Origin: Phaeosaccion multiseriatum
Taxonomy: Eukaryota; Protista; Ochrophyta, other classes
DNA: 64,000 bases
NCBI GenBank assembly: GCA_965112735.1
Contig: OZ218954.1
Span: 2,232,001-2,296,000 of the forward strand
Direction: 5' to 3'
Position numbers and translations under genes: made by a program
Shown: piece by piece, positions 26,153 to 38,419 of the stretch
How the letters are laid out: every line of letters begins with the position of its first letter
Position numbering within the stretch: the first letter of the stretch is position 1
Notes under the pieces: model-generated
Told to the model about the DNA's origin: nothing
The model's input: the letters and a program-made list of their open reading frames with translations, nothing else
The model's database searches: none

Positions 26153-26362
26153 AAGAGACAAGCGTGGGTGTGTCTTGTCGTGTTGTGTCGTGGTCGGGGC
26201 CAAGTATTATTATTCTCTTCACTTTCAATTCGTTACATAATAATTATGTAATAAAAGGGTCTTTCCATGTCCCCCCCCTCCCGGAGCGCCTCAGCCTTCC
26301 CTCTACACACTTTCTCACAGACTCACTGACTCACTCACTCACCCCCTCACCCATTCACTGAC

Positions 26363-29300
26363 TTACGCGAACATGAAGGTCTGCTTCGAGGCCGCCCCCA
26401 GCATATGCCTCGCACGCTTCAGCCCCACAAGGCGAGTGAGCCGCAGCTTATCAAACGCAGAGAACATCACCAGGCTCGAAGCAGAGGCGTCTTCGTCCTG
26501 CTGCAGAGACCCCTCTTCTTCTCCTCCTCCTCCTCGTTCTCCTCCGCCTCCTGCTGCTGCTGCTGCGGCCCCTGCTCCTGCTTCGAGGAGGTTGAGAAGC
26601 TCCGGGTAGAAGTGCGTGTTCACGGGAAGGGCTGTGTGTGTGTGCGCGCGTTGCGTTTCCGGTTGCGTTCATTGTTCAAACACAAGCAAAGTCGGGAGGG
26701 GAGGGGGAGGGGAGGGGTTGAGATGTCACTGCAGGGACTAGAAAGCGTGTGTGTGCCCAAGGAAAGTAGGAAGCGGCAGTAGCAGCAGTAAGCAGCAGTG
26801 AGCCGCAGTGAGCAGCAGCAATTGGTGGTCTAGCAGGAGACAAGAGAAGAGTCTGTGTGGGGAAGGTAGCATCGGGCCGGGCATAATGCCGGCACCTATG
26901 CTCGGGGGGTGAGTGACAAGCGACAGTAGAGCGACAGCAGAGCGACAGCAGATAGAAAAGAGAAGGGAGAGCATCTCCTTTTCTCCGTCTCTCTCCCTCT
27001 CCCTCTGTGTCGGCCAGACTCCTTCCCCCCCCCCCGCCTCTCCCTGTGTCTCTCTTCGCTTTGCTCTTTCTCTCTCCACTCTGTCATCATTCGCTTTGCA
27101 CTTTCTCTCTCCACCTTTTTTTGCTCTTGTTGCTCTTACCATAAAAGACAAGGTGCTTCATCCCCGAGATGCGAAACCGATTGTAAAAGTGGCACCTCTC
27201 CGTGTAGAGCATGATGCGCTTCTGCCCATGGAAGAATCGTGCCCTCCCCCTCGTCACCTCTGTGGGCCTGCTGTACTCGCTTACAGCCACCATGGACACC
27301 TCCTCCCGGATCAGGTGGTTGCGCTGATTGGGGGGGGGGGTGGTTGGGTTGATTGGGGGGTGTTGTTGGGGGTGATTAGAGTGTGGTGGGGACATTTTAT
27401 TGACTTTTAGGAATCAACCTAAGAATTTCGTGTAGTGGACGGTGGTGTAGAGAGGGCGGGGGCGGTGTATTGCAGGACGAGCCAGCGAGAGAGAAATGAC
27501 GAGAGAAGCAGAGGCATATGGGTGGAACAGGTGAGGGTGAGGCAGGTCCACCGCGGCTCCATGTGGGACTCTTTCGTCTGTTGGTTGTTAAAGGGCCACT
27601 TTCAGGCTAGCAAACGGTATCGGCGGGAATCCCCACCCCTGTGTGCATGTTGGTGATACGTAGTTACAACTTCAACTTCAACTTACCACACGGACGAAGT
27701 CGAAGTAGGAGGGGATGAAGATGGCCGTGTGAGACTGGTTAAGGGCCAGGACTTGCGGTAGGAGCACCTGTACAGAGGAAAGAGGAGAGCGTAGCAGTTG
27801 GTTATACAGACGCGGAGGAGGGAGAGAGAGCCCCAGTTGTATACACACACGCACACACCTGCGTAAAGTACTCAAAGCGCGAGTCTTCATGCTCAGCCAG
27901 AGAGGCGTGGGGCAAGCGGTGAAACACCTGTCTGACCGGCACGATGACGTCATGAATAGAGCCTTCACTGTGCCGCTTGGTGACCTTGATTACCCCCGCG
28001 TGGTTCCGGCTGAAGGAGCTCACCAACGAGTTCACGGCAGGGTCCGAGAGAGATCCGAGAACGATCGTCTGTCTGAAGAGCTGAGAAGGCGTCCAAGATC
28101 AACGGAAGGAATGGCATTATGTACCGGCGACGACGTGGGAGGGGCGGGTTCGGAGGCAAGGGGGGAGCTTTAAAAGCAAAGCACACGCACGCACACAAGC
28201 ACACACACGCACCGCCACCAAGCAAACAGAGGGTCAAGCGACAGAGGGGCGAGGGACTCCTCTCTCTGCCTTGCCCCTCTTCCTTGCCCCTTGACACACA
28301 CACACACACACACACACACGACCACGCACACACGCACACGCACACACACAAACAAATACGTAATTCGCAGGCTGATTCCTGTAAGTCAATCTATTGCCCC
28401 TTGACTCTCTCACCTGTGCCTGTTCATTGAGGAAGCAGTCCCTGACCCTGGAGAAGTCCGTGTTGTGATCCGCCTTGGGGCTCTGGTTCAGCAGCTCCAT
28501 CACGTCGACCACGTGTCCCCAGTTCTGCATCAGCATCTGGCGACGACGGTGGAGGGCAGGGCATCACCAACACGACAAGTAGGGAGGGGGAAGGGTATCA
28601 CCAACACGGCAAGTAGGGAGGGGGACAGGTAACAAGTAGAGAGAGGGGAGATGGGAGGGGGAGAGGGGCACACACACGTGTGAATGAGCACATCACACCG
28701 AGGCGGCGAAGGCCTCGACTAAAGTGAGCAAAGCGAGTTCCTTGCAGCAAAGGGACAAGTCTTTGTCTTCAAGGAAAGAGAGCACATGAATATTACGATA
28801 ACAACCCACACAAAACTCACCACATCAGTGCGGTCGAGCACCACAACCTCGATGCTGCTAAGGAAGTCCGCTCCCCCGTCGCCCCCCCCTCCTCCTCCTC
28901 CTCCTCCTCCTCCTCCTCCTCCTCCTCCTCCTCCTCCCTCCTCGTCGTCCGCTGCGGCATCAATCTGCAGCTTGAGGCCCAGGGGAGAAGCGAGGATAAT
29001 ATCGCTCTGATAGAACTCCGCATAGAGCCTCAGCTGCACCAACCCCCCTCCCGCATTGCCCCCCTTCGTCTTCCCTTCCCCTCCTTCTCCTCCTCCCGCT
29101 CCTCGTCCTGAGGCCCTGGCCTTTGGCAGCAGTGAAACGCCAATCTTGAAGTCATCGTCCGTGTTCTTACCGGGGCCAAAGAGGGCCTGCCAGTCGCTAG
29201 GCTTGGAAGCGATGACCATCTTTTCTCTGTCACCAGGAGCAACGACGACAAAGAGAGGGAGAGGGGGTGGGGGGGGGGTATAGACAGAGGGAGAGAGAGA

Positions 29301-31748
29301 GGGAGGATAAGGAGGAAGGCAAGACGACGAACAAAGGTGGAGGTGGAAGGAGAGCGAAACAGAGAGGGAGGGAGAAACCCGAGAGCCCGAGAGACAGAAC
29401 GGCGAGCCCCCTTCCTGTCCCTTTCCGTACCTTTCCTTCCTGGCCCTCTCCTTGGCGGATAGCGTCTTCTTGTCAACCATCTCCCCCCCCCCCTTCCTCG
29501 CCCCCTCCTCCTCCTCCTCCTCCTCCTCATCGTCATCGTCGTCGTCCGAGGAATCCGGCGCGCCTCGATATTCATTCTCGAACCTCTCCCAGTGAGCCAC
29601 ATTCCGTGCTCCACCTTTCCCTCCCCTCCCTTCTCCCCCTCCTCCTCCGGCCACCTCCACCATTGCCTCCACCATGTCGAGGGCCTGTGAGCGGCATGGG
29701 CAGAGCACCAACACCTTCGGCCGAGTGAAGCCCTGATCCTTCATCCAAGTCTCCTCCTCCTGCCCCCCATCAGCGCCGCCGCCACCACCGGTGATTAATC
29801 TGGACGTGACCAAGCTTGAGCCTGCCGGAGGAGAAGTAAGGACAGCCGCCGCAGAAGCCGCCGCCGCAGCATCCTCCTGCTTCTTCTTCTTGCCGCTCTT
29901 CCGCCTCTCCTTCTCCTCCTCGGCCGCGAGTGCTCGCTCCAACCTTGCCTTGTCGCTCGCCTTTCTCAGCTTGGCGTTGTGCTTGATGACACGCTTGCGA
30001 CTCCGTAAGACATGGTTCAGTACGTGCGCCGCATACGCCTTTCGCACCTCACGCGACCCGGCTTCGAATCCTCTCTCCTCTTCTTCTTCATCCTCTTCCC
30101 CACTACTCCGAGCGTCGCTCCTGCTGGCGGCCTGGCTGCTGCTTCCACTGCTGCCAAATGCGTCGAAGACAACGTCCGCATAGGAGAGGAGGCAAGGAAG
30201 CAGCGCCTCCTGCAGAGGGGTGGCGTCTGAAAACCCTTTCGCCAGCTCCGGGGACACCCTCCACTCCTCCCGCAAAGTAAGGTCCGGCTTGGCGCCACAG
30301 GGAGGCGAGAGCACAAGAGCATTGCCTATGCCCTTGCCCTTACTTGACTTGCTCCCTGCACCCTTCCTACTGTTCCTACTGGTACCACCTCCTTCTCCTG
30401 CATGCCCCAGGGGCCGAGGTAGTCCTACTACGCGATTGGAGGGCACACACTCCAGCCCAAGCTTCTCGAAAGCCTGGAGCATCGGCGCCGCCCCTGCTGC
30501 TGCATCAGCTGCTGCTTCATCATCTGCTGACGCTGGTCCAGAGTGCCCATTCGCTGTGCCATTCGCCTTGCCATTGGCCTCACCCTGACCGTCTTTGTTC
30601 CCATTCCTACTTCGACTCTTACCACTACCACTGCGTGCTTTGCTCTTCTTGCTAGCGAACTGGGGTCTGGCGCTCAGCATCTGTTCGCTCTCCGTCGGCT
30701 CAAAGACGCTTCTGGAGAGGAAGTGTTCGTGATATGCATCGCTACCGCCGCCGCTCGCAGAAGAGGCAGTGGCCGGGCCTGCGGTACTTCTGCCTGTCCC
30801 TTCGACGTCGCGCCCACTGTCAGAGTCGCTGTCGATTTCTTCCTCCTCTTCTTCTTCCTCCTCGTCCGCGTCGTCCTCTTCCTTCTTCTCTTCTTCCTCC
30901 TCGTCCTCTTCTTCTTCTTCTTCTTCTTCTTCTCCGTCTTCTTCTTCCTCCTCGTCCTCTTCTGCCTCCTCCTCGTCGTCCTTCTCTCGCACTTCTTCTA
31001 TTACTTGCTCAAAATCAGGATCGTCTTCATCGTCCTCGTCGCTACTCTGATAGGCCATGTCCCTTCCCTCCTCCTCCATCCTCCTCATTCTCATCAGTGT
31101 CCGCAGCTGAGGGTCCATCTTCTTCCGGGCTCCTCCCCTTCCACTCCTAAAGCTCTGGAGGAGCCGCATATAGTCCGTCGATGGACTACCATCTCCTCCT
31201 CCCATGCTTTCCCCATCTCTCCCCTCCTCCTCGTCCTCATCACTTGACTGCTGATACTCATTTCTCTGCACTGATGCGACCTCAGACGTCCTCCTCCGCT
31301 TCAGCCCTGGCCCGCCGGCGGTCCCCGCTACAGAGCCTCCCATCCGCTTACTTCGCTGTCTGTTGAGCTTCTTTGCGCCCTTCTGGACGACCGGAGCAGC
31401 GGCCGACAAGACCCGGGACCCCACAGTGACACCCACTGGCTGGTTGGGTACCGCCATCTTATCGCCAAAGTCCCACTCACTCTTCCGTATCGCCTTTCTC
31501 TTCTTCTGCCTGTTCGCCTGCTCCTGATTCTCTTGCGTCGGCCTTTGCTCGCGCCTCCGCCTCGGCTCCTCCTCTCCACTCCTCCCCTCATTTCCGCCCC
31601 CGAAACCTGCCGCTTTGTTGTCCTCATCGCTGGCGTAGTCTCCCTCATCACCCCATTCTTGCTTCTTGCCCTTCTTCTTTTTCCCTCCGCCCTTGGCCTT
31701 CTTTCCCTTCTTGGCCGAGGCAGCAGCTGGCCCACGGCCTCTCGCCAT
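26363..31748 (-). CDS. UTP25: U3 snoRNA-associated protein 25 (Def/DIEXF)
   Basis: DQGFTRPKVLVLCP, NTDDDFKIGV, LYAEFYQSDIILASPLGL, DFLSSIEVVVLD, MQNWGHV..TDFSRVR, IFIPSYFDFVRV, SEYS..RARFFHG..LYTERCHFYNRFRISG, FDKLRLTRLVG. Confidence 0.95.
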
Positions 31749-31976
31749 GTTTGCTCTACGACCGCCTCCTCAGTTCGCTCCTCTTCTCTTGTTGCCTCCT
31801 CGACTCCTCACCTCTACTTCCGCCTAACCCCCTTGTTTTCTCCCCTACGCATTTCTCTCCTTGCCGTACTTCCCACAGCTGTGTGTGCGCGTGCGGCCGC
31901 AAATGAGATTGCCAAGTGCACCTGTTGTAATACAAGGAGAATTTCAGGGTCAGCTCTCCTCTTCTCTCTCGGGTTC

Positions 31977-32801
31977 ATGGAGGCCTTGGCGGCGATCATC
32001 GGCAAAGATGGGAGATCAGGAAGCCCGGCAGAGATCCTGAAAGGTACGGCAACTGTAGGAGAGTCGGATGCGAAATTGGAGAGAAAATTAAGACTTCCTT
32101 CTTTCCTCTGCTTGCTCTCTGCCCTCTACAGCACCGGTGACGGCGCTGTACTTCTCAGCGAGATGGTGTCCAGACTGCCGCAATGGTGGAGATGGGGTAG
32201 TCACGGCCGCTGTGGCTGCCTTAGGCGAGTCAATCGACGTGGTGCTCGTGTCCAGCGAAGCCTCCAAGGAGGCCTTCGACGCTCAGCGGGAGGCGCTCCC
32301 AGGGTGAGTGGATTGCTCCATTTCGATTGATAGCGTCCCTTCCTTATAGGGCCGTTCCTCTCGCTGCTCCGGCGTCCGCTCCCTTCGCTCACTGCCTCTC
32401 TCGGCACCGGACCCACAGGTTGGCGGCGCTCCCCTTTGAAGGCGACGAGAGAAGCCAGTCCAAAGTTCGCTACGGCGTCTGTGCTGGCAAGGAGGCGGCC
32501 GGGCTGGGTATAACGGTACGTGTTGATTTTTTATGATAGGCAAGGAGGTTGTGGGCCGCCTCCTTGTGCCATACACTATATCGCTCACCTTCTCCTCCCC
32601 CTCTCTTCTTCTCTTGTCCACTTTCTCCAACTACCCGGAGAGCAGGATCGCAAGGGCGGGATTCCCACCCTCCTGATTCTAGAGAGCGCTGCGAGCGGCA
32701 AAGTACTGTCCTTGGACGGTATGGGGGACATTTCTACAAAGGGGGTGGAGGCGGCGTGTGAGGGCTGGAAGACTGCCATCCAGGCATCAAGAGAAATCTA
32801 G
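31977..32801 (+). CDS. Nucleoredoxin/tryparedoxin-like thioredoxin-fold protein (WCPDC), not represented intact in the ORF track
   Basis: Exons 31977-32043, 32132-~32303, ~32419-32514, ~32646-32801 give APVTALYFSARWCPDCRN..IDVVLVSSE..LAALPF..GIPTLLIL. WCPDC at 32164-32178. Confidence 0.85.
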
Positions 32802-33081
32802 TCTATGATTGGATTATACTGCTAGTTGGTGGAGAAACGCCACCAAATACCCAGCATCTTAAGTTTTCTTCAAGTGCCGCTTTCAGCTCTCTCTCTCTCT
32901 CTCTCTCATGTGGCATGAGGAAAGCGGTCGCTTGGAGCCCCGTCCCCTGAAAACCCTTCGCCGCTTCGCCCCGCCATTCTGCACGCTTACATAGCTATCC
33001 AGGCGTAGCCATACACAAGCTGTAAACAGCAAAAGAGACCATAAATGCAGTCTGTCCCTTCTGTTGGAGTAGAGTGCTCTC

Positions 33082-34183
33082 TTACTGCACGTGCACTGCG
33101 CACATGCTGCTCTTGAAACGGCTCTTGTTTGAGTCGCTGGTCTTGTCCAGTTTGTCCGCGTACGACACATAGACCAGGGTGTCTGCGTCTTTGTCATATA
33201 AGCGACGCACCTGAAGGAGGGGGAGAAGAGCAAAAGGAAAGAGAACAGAACAGCGCTTGCATCAGTTATGGAGCTTCACACTCCCCCCACCCCCTTCCCT
33301 CGATTCCGTCTGTCTTCCTTCCTTCCCCCTTCCTTGCCGTGCTGTACGCCAATTGGTCCTCCGCCCCTCACCTTAATGCTCTTGAAGAACACGCTCCTGC
33401 TCTCGCTGAAGACCTCCTCCCCGTCCTTACTCGTGTTGATATCACCAACCTACGAAACAAATATGCACGAGGCGTAACCGTAAGGTAGGTAGGTAGGCCT
33501 CAAAAAAAATAGATGGGGGGGCCAAGTGAGGCAGCAACGCCCCCTCTCTTACCTTCATGGGCCCCGTTCTGGCGCAGGTCATTGAGGCGCTGGAGGGGTC
33601 GGAGAAGAAGTTCTTGGCACTGCTCAGCTTCTCGGTGATGGGCTTGGTGAAATCGCTGACGTAGATAGACACACCTTCGACCTGAGGCGCGTGGGAGGAG
33701 GAGCGACACATGAGTGCGTGGAACATGAACATGCCATCGCATCTCTCTCTCTTTGGAGCATTCCCTACCTCTTTGCCTGCCTCCCTTCATCCCTCCCTCC
33801 CTTCCTCCCTCCCTCCCTAAGCCCTCCCACCGTCTCTCATCTACCTTTGGGTCGTTGAAAGCTTCCACCGTCAGAGTGTCTTTGAACACGAATCCCGATG
33901 CCGCGATTTCTCCTACGGTTCGCTTGTCCTCTGATGCTACTGCCACTGGTGGGCTTGGGAGGGGCAAATAGGGCACGACGGGTTGACCCAAAGTGACTGC
34001 AACAATTCCTACCATGACCGCCTTCTGTACAGCCTTCTGGGATGCTTGGTGGAGCCACTCCACAGGACTGGAGGTCGTCCCCCTACTGCTGCTGCTGGTG
34101 CTTTTCAGCGACATCGATAGCTGAGGGACGAAAGCATGGCTTGCGCTTATAGCCAGGACCAGGAGCAGTGGCAACAGGCGCAT
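33082..34183 (-). CDS. creA: CreA-family protein with bipartite plastid leader (probably thylakoid lumen)
   Basis: MRLLPLLLVLAISASHA-FVP leader and a second hydrophobic stretch ending VAVA. Core VGEIAASGFVFKDTLTVEAFNDPKVEGVSIYVS..SDPSSASMTCARTGP..GEEVFSESRSVFFKSIKVRRLYDKDADTLVYVSY matches the CreA pattern. Confidence 0.85.
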
Positions 34184-34309
34184 GATGGTGGTGAGAAGTC
34201 GAAAGGAAGGGGGGAAAATAAGCGGGAGGAACGAGAGAGAAACGTGTTTCCGAGATGACATCCTCACCAAGGGGGATGATGGGTTGTGTCAGAAGTCAAA
34301 ATAGAAAAG

Positions 34310-37149
34310 ATGGGGAGGGGATACGGGGTTGCAGCCTTCGTGGTGGGCTGCACCCTTGCTACTGACACAGCCGCCTTCACATGCACTGCTCCTTCTGCGG
34401 CGAGGCGGGCACCCTCGCGAGCGGCGCCTGTCTCTCAGACCCAAACGAGCTTACGTAGCACAAGCAGTAGCAGCGAGAGCAGGGCCTTTCCCTCGTACTT
34501 GCCCAAGGAGATTAGCGAGATTGTGGAGGAGGCAGCGCTGGATATTTGCCGTGACATGAAGCGGGTTGATCTCGATTTAGGTGACTTCTCTTCGTCGCCT
34601 GTGGCGACCAACTATGTCCAAATCGGGGCAGGAGGAGGAGAGATAAAGAGCGGAGGAGAGGGGGCAGGGACGGGGTCGCTTGGTGACTTTATGAGCTCGA
34701 TGCAGCAGGCATTGTCGTCCTTGTCGGGCTCGACTGGAGGGGGCGCGGAGGCTTCAGCGGCGCCCGAGCAAGGCAAGCAGCAGAGCCCCATCCTCTTGCT
34801 GCATGGCTTTGACTCCTCCATCATGGAGTTTAGGAGGGTCTTGCCGAAGCTGGAGGAGCAGGGCGCAGAGGCTTACGCTCTGGACGTGTTGGGATGGTAA
34901 GCGTGATTGATATTCTTGAGGCTCGAGAGGCAGTACGTGTCGTTCCTTCCTCCCAACCACTCCTCCCCCCCCCTCTCCCTCCCTCCCCCCCGCGCTGGGT
35001 ATGTATGCATGCAGGGGCTTCACGGGGCTCGGAAGCACCAACGATTACAGCGCGGAGGCCAAACGCAGCCACCTCTACGCCTTCTGGCAGACCGTGCTGG
35101 GCGGGCGGCCCATGACCCTCGCAGGGGCCAGTTTGGGCGGTGCCATGGCCATTGACTTTGCTCATCGCTACCCCGAAGCCGTGGACAAGCTCGTCCTCAT
35201 AGATGGGCAGGTGCGTGTGTATCAGGCCCGCGGGGCCGGGCGGCAGAAAGCAGCCGGAGACGATGAACAGCCCGAGGGGCCCACGCATTGACACCCACAT
35301 CATATGCTCCGATCCCTCTCTTCGCGAGCCCCTCCCCTCTTGTTGCGAAGTACAGCTCTTACACCGCCGTTTTGAGTGTACGGCATTCCAACCCCCGGCT
35401 CCTCCTGCTCTTCTCTGCTCACTTCTTTCTTCTTGTGCAGGGCTTCATTGATGGAGCTGGCCCGGGAGGAGCTCTGCCTAAGCCCCTCGCTCGCTGGGGC
35501 ATCCGCTTCCTGGGCTCCAAGTACCTGCGCAGCCTGGCCAACAAGCTCGCCTACTTCGACAAGACATACGCCACGGAAGACGCCATGAATGTGTGTAGGT
35601 GGTGGGCCCATTGGCTTATGAGATGTTGAGAGAAGGGAGGTCCGAAGGTCCTCGAGTCGGTTCTGCCCGGGGCGTTTGCGTGCGTCACCTGCCTGCTCCT
35701 TCCCTCTCTTTCTCTCTCCATCCCAAGTCCCTCCCTCATTGCAGAGCGGTGCTCTCGGCGCCACCTGATTGCACGCTACGATGCATGATGTGCGGAAGTC
35801 AGTCACGCGTTTTCCCTCATTTTCTGTAACGTGTTTTCTGCCCCCCCCCCCTCAGGTGGGCCGCTTGCACGTGCTGCAGGAGGGGTGGGAAGAGGCATCG
35901 ATGGACTACATGGCCAGCGGGGGTTACACCGTGTCCACCAAGGTACTTGGCAACCCTAGGAGTAGTAAGCACCACATACAGAGAGAGCGAGGGAGAGAGT
36001 GGGAGCGAGAGACAGACAGAGAGAGAGAGAGGGAGGGGTAGAGGGAAGACGGAGGCTCTGTCTGTGCGTGCGCGTCTGCTTGTTTGAGAGGGTGAGCACA
36101 GAGACTGATAAGAAAGAAGCCGGGAGCGGGAGGGGGCAGGAAACACAGAATGATGTCACCGTTACAAAGGCACAATCCCTTTCCTCTCCCTTCCTTCTTT
36201 CTTCCCTCTTACCACCACCACCCTTTCCTGTCCCCTTCCGTGGTAGGTTTCTTCGGTCAAGTGCCCAACCCTTGTGCTGTGGGGGCGACAAGACGAGATT
36301 CTTGACCCCAAAAAGTACGCTCTGCGGTTCATAGACGAGATGGAAGATGCCGCCCTGGAGTGGGTGGAGGACTGCGGGCATGTACCTCACTTGGAGCAGC
36401 CCGACAAAGCCGCACAGGCCATTATGGCCTTTGTGAGGGGGCAGGAGGTGGGGAGCAAGGTAAGGCGAGCGGCCGGTGACGTCCTTCTTCCTCTGTCCCA
36501 TCCCTTATCCTTTACACCTTTACACCTTGACACCTTTACACACTCCGCACGCCCTCTCTCTCTCTCTCTCTCTCTCCATCTCTCTCCGACACCCACCTCC
36601 CCTTTCCCCTTCTCCCCCTTTCCTCGCCCCCCTCCCTGCTCTGATGCCGTGCCTTGCGTCCGTTTTAAGGTGCCCTCAGACACCCCTCCTGCTCGAGCAG
36701 ACGGGACAGCAGCAACCGTGGTGGGAACAGCAGCTGCAACGACTGCAGAGTAGTAACAATGGTGGAGCCACTAGTCAAACAGCACGTGTAGAGCTCTGTT
36801 CCACTTGTGGAGGCTCGGAGCTACAGACTTGCTTCAATTGTGACGGGAAGGGCTATTACGTCTCCAGCCCAGGGGATATGACGGTGCAGTGTAAGGGCTG
36901 CCGCGCCTCTGGAGACATTATTTGTCGAACATGTTTTACGGGGGATCCGTATGATATTGAAGGCATACGGGTCAAGACACAGCAGCTCCGGATCAAGAAG
37001 CAGGAGGAGAGGGCCGTGGCGCTTCGGCGAGAGCTGGCGGCCTCTGCAGCAGCAGGAGCAGCAGCAGCAGCAGTTGGTGATACAGCAGCGGTTGAAAGCA
37101 GTGGCGACCACGCTACCTCATCGAGCCACGAGCTTCAGGGTGTAGGCGG

Positions 37150-37181
<32 letters not shown>

Positions 37182-37192
37182 ATGCTGGGTGA
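34310..37192 (+). CDS. Plastid-targeted alpha/beta-hydrolase, probably fused to a C-terminal DnaJ-type Zn finger
   Basis: Leader ..TDTAA-FTC; LLLHGFDSS, DVLGWGFT, GASLGG nucleophile motif, LWGRQDEIL, CGHVPHLEQP. Downstream in-frame exon CSTCGG..CFNCDGKG..CKGCRASG..CRTC. Confidence 0.85.
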
Positions 37193-38419
37193 AGCTGGTG
37201 CGGGCACCAAGCGTCAACTTTTGATTTACAAACGGATGCTGGTGGACATCCTTCCGGTTAAGTCGCAGCCAGTCAGCCAGTTAGCACCCACTGAGAAGAC
37301 TGGACTTACCAACTGTACAGACAAAAAGCATTCACATCTCTCTTCATTCACATTCTTTCATGAAAGCCCCTACTGACCGACTCATGGTCACTAATCATAT
37401 CGTAAGGATGGGGCGAGGCTGCATCAGTAGGCAACAGCTGTTCCACCACATGCCTCCAACCAGCACCGCAGCCACGCGTGGCGTCTACCGCCTACCGTCT
37501 ACCCCATTGTCGGTGCTTCCAGAGAGAGACACACACACATGGTACCATGAGCTGCAGCACTAACCCAGGCTGGCTCAATGACTAGATGACCGGTCAGCGT
37601 ACTACTCTGCAGCCACTGGCAGCCGAGGGTTTGGAGGGGTAGGGGGCTGTCCGCCACGAGACACTTGCACCTTCGCTCGCCCGGCTAAGGGTATCCTCAC
37701 GCCCGTGGTGGTTCCCTCTTCCTTTGGACATTCACTTGGCTCACTCGCGGCAGTGGCTACTGCTGCTTCAAAAACCCGAGGACCCAAGCAATGCTTTCTT
37801 TCTTGTAAACGCCATTGCTTCTCCGGTGTGAGAACAATGGATCCATTAAGAGCTCTGGTCCCTCCTCCTGGATGCTGCTGCTCCTCGCCTTCCTTCATCC
37901 TCATTCTTCTCTCAGCCGAAACCGCCGCTTTATGCGCCGCGTCGGCGAAAACCGCCACACCATGGCGTGGCCGTGCTGTGACATGAGAGCTGAAGACATA
38001 GAGCTTGCGCTGAGCGCCGAATCACCACACCCCCAAGAGGAAGAACCAAACGTCCCACAGGGGAGTCGGCCACACACAGAGACATGCCACGGATGGCAGC
38101 CGAATGGCAGTCGTCTCTCTTTCCAGGGGGAGAGGTATATCGCTGTGTCGAGCTCGAAATCCAAAGTCGATAATTGCCGCCAAGCACCAGCACCAGTAGA
38201 CCTCAGCTCCACAAGACCGGGCAGCTTCGTCACTCACCACTCGTTGCGCTTTGAGATTTGCTCTTGTGTCGCGCCCTACGTTGAGGGGAGTTGGTGTCTG
38301 ACGGACGCGTCCTTCCCTCCCCCGGTCCAGGGTCGAAATGCGGTGGTGGGGGGCGACCTCCATGGCGCGCAATGCCACGGTATCACCAACTGCTACTGCT
38401 GCCTGCTCATTTGTTGCTC

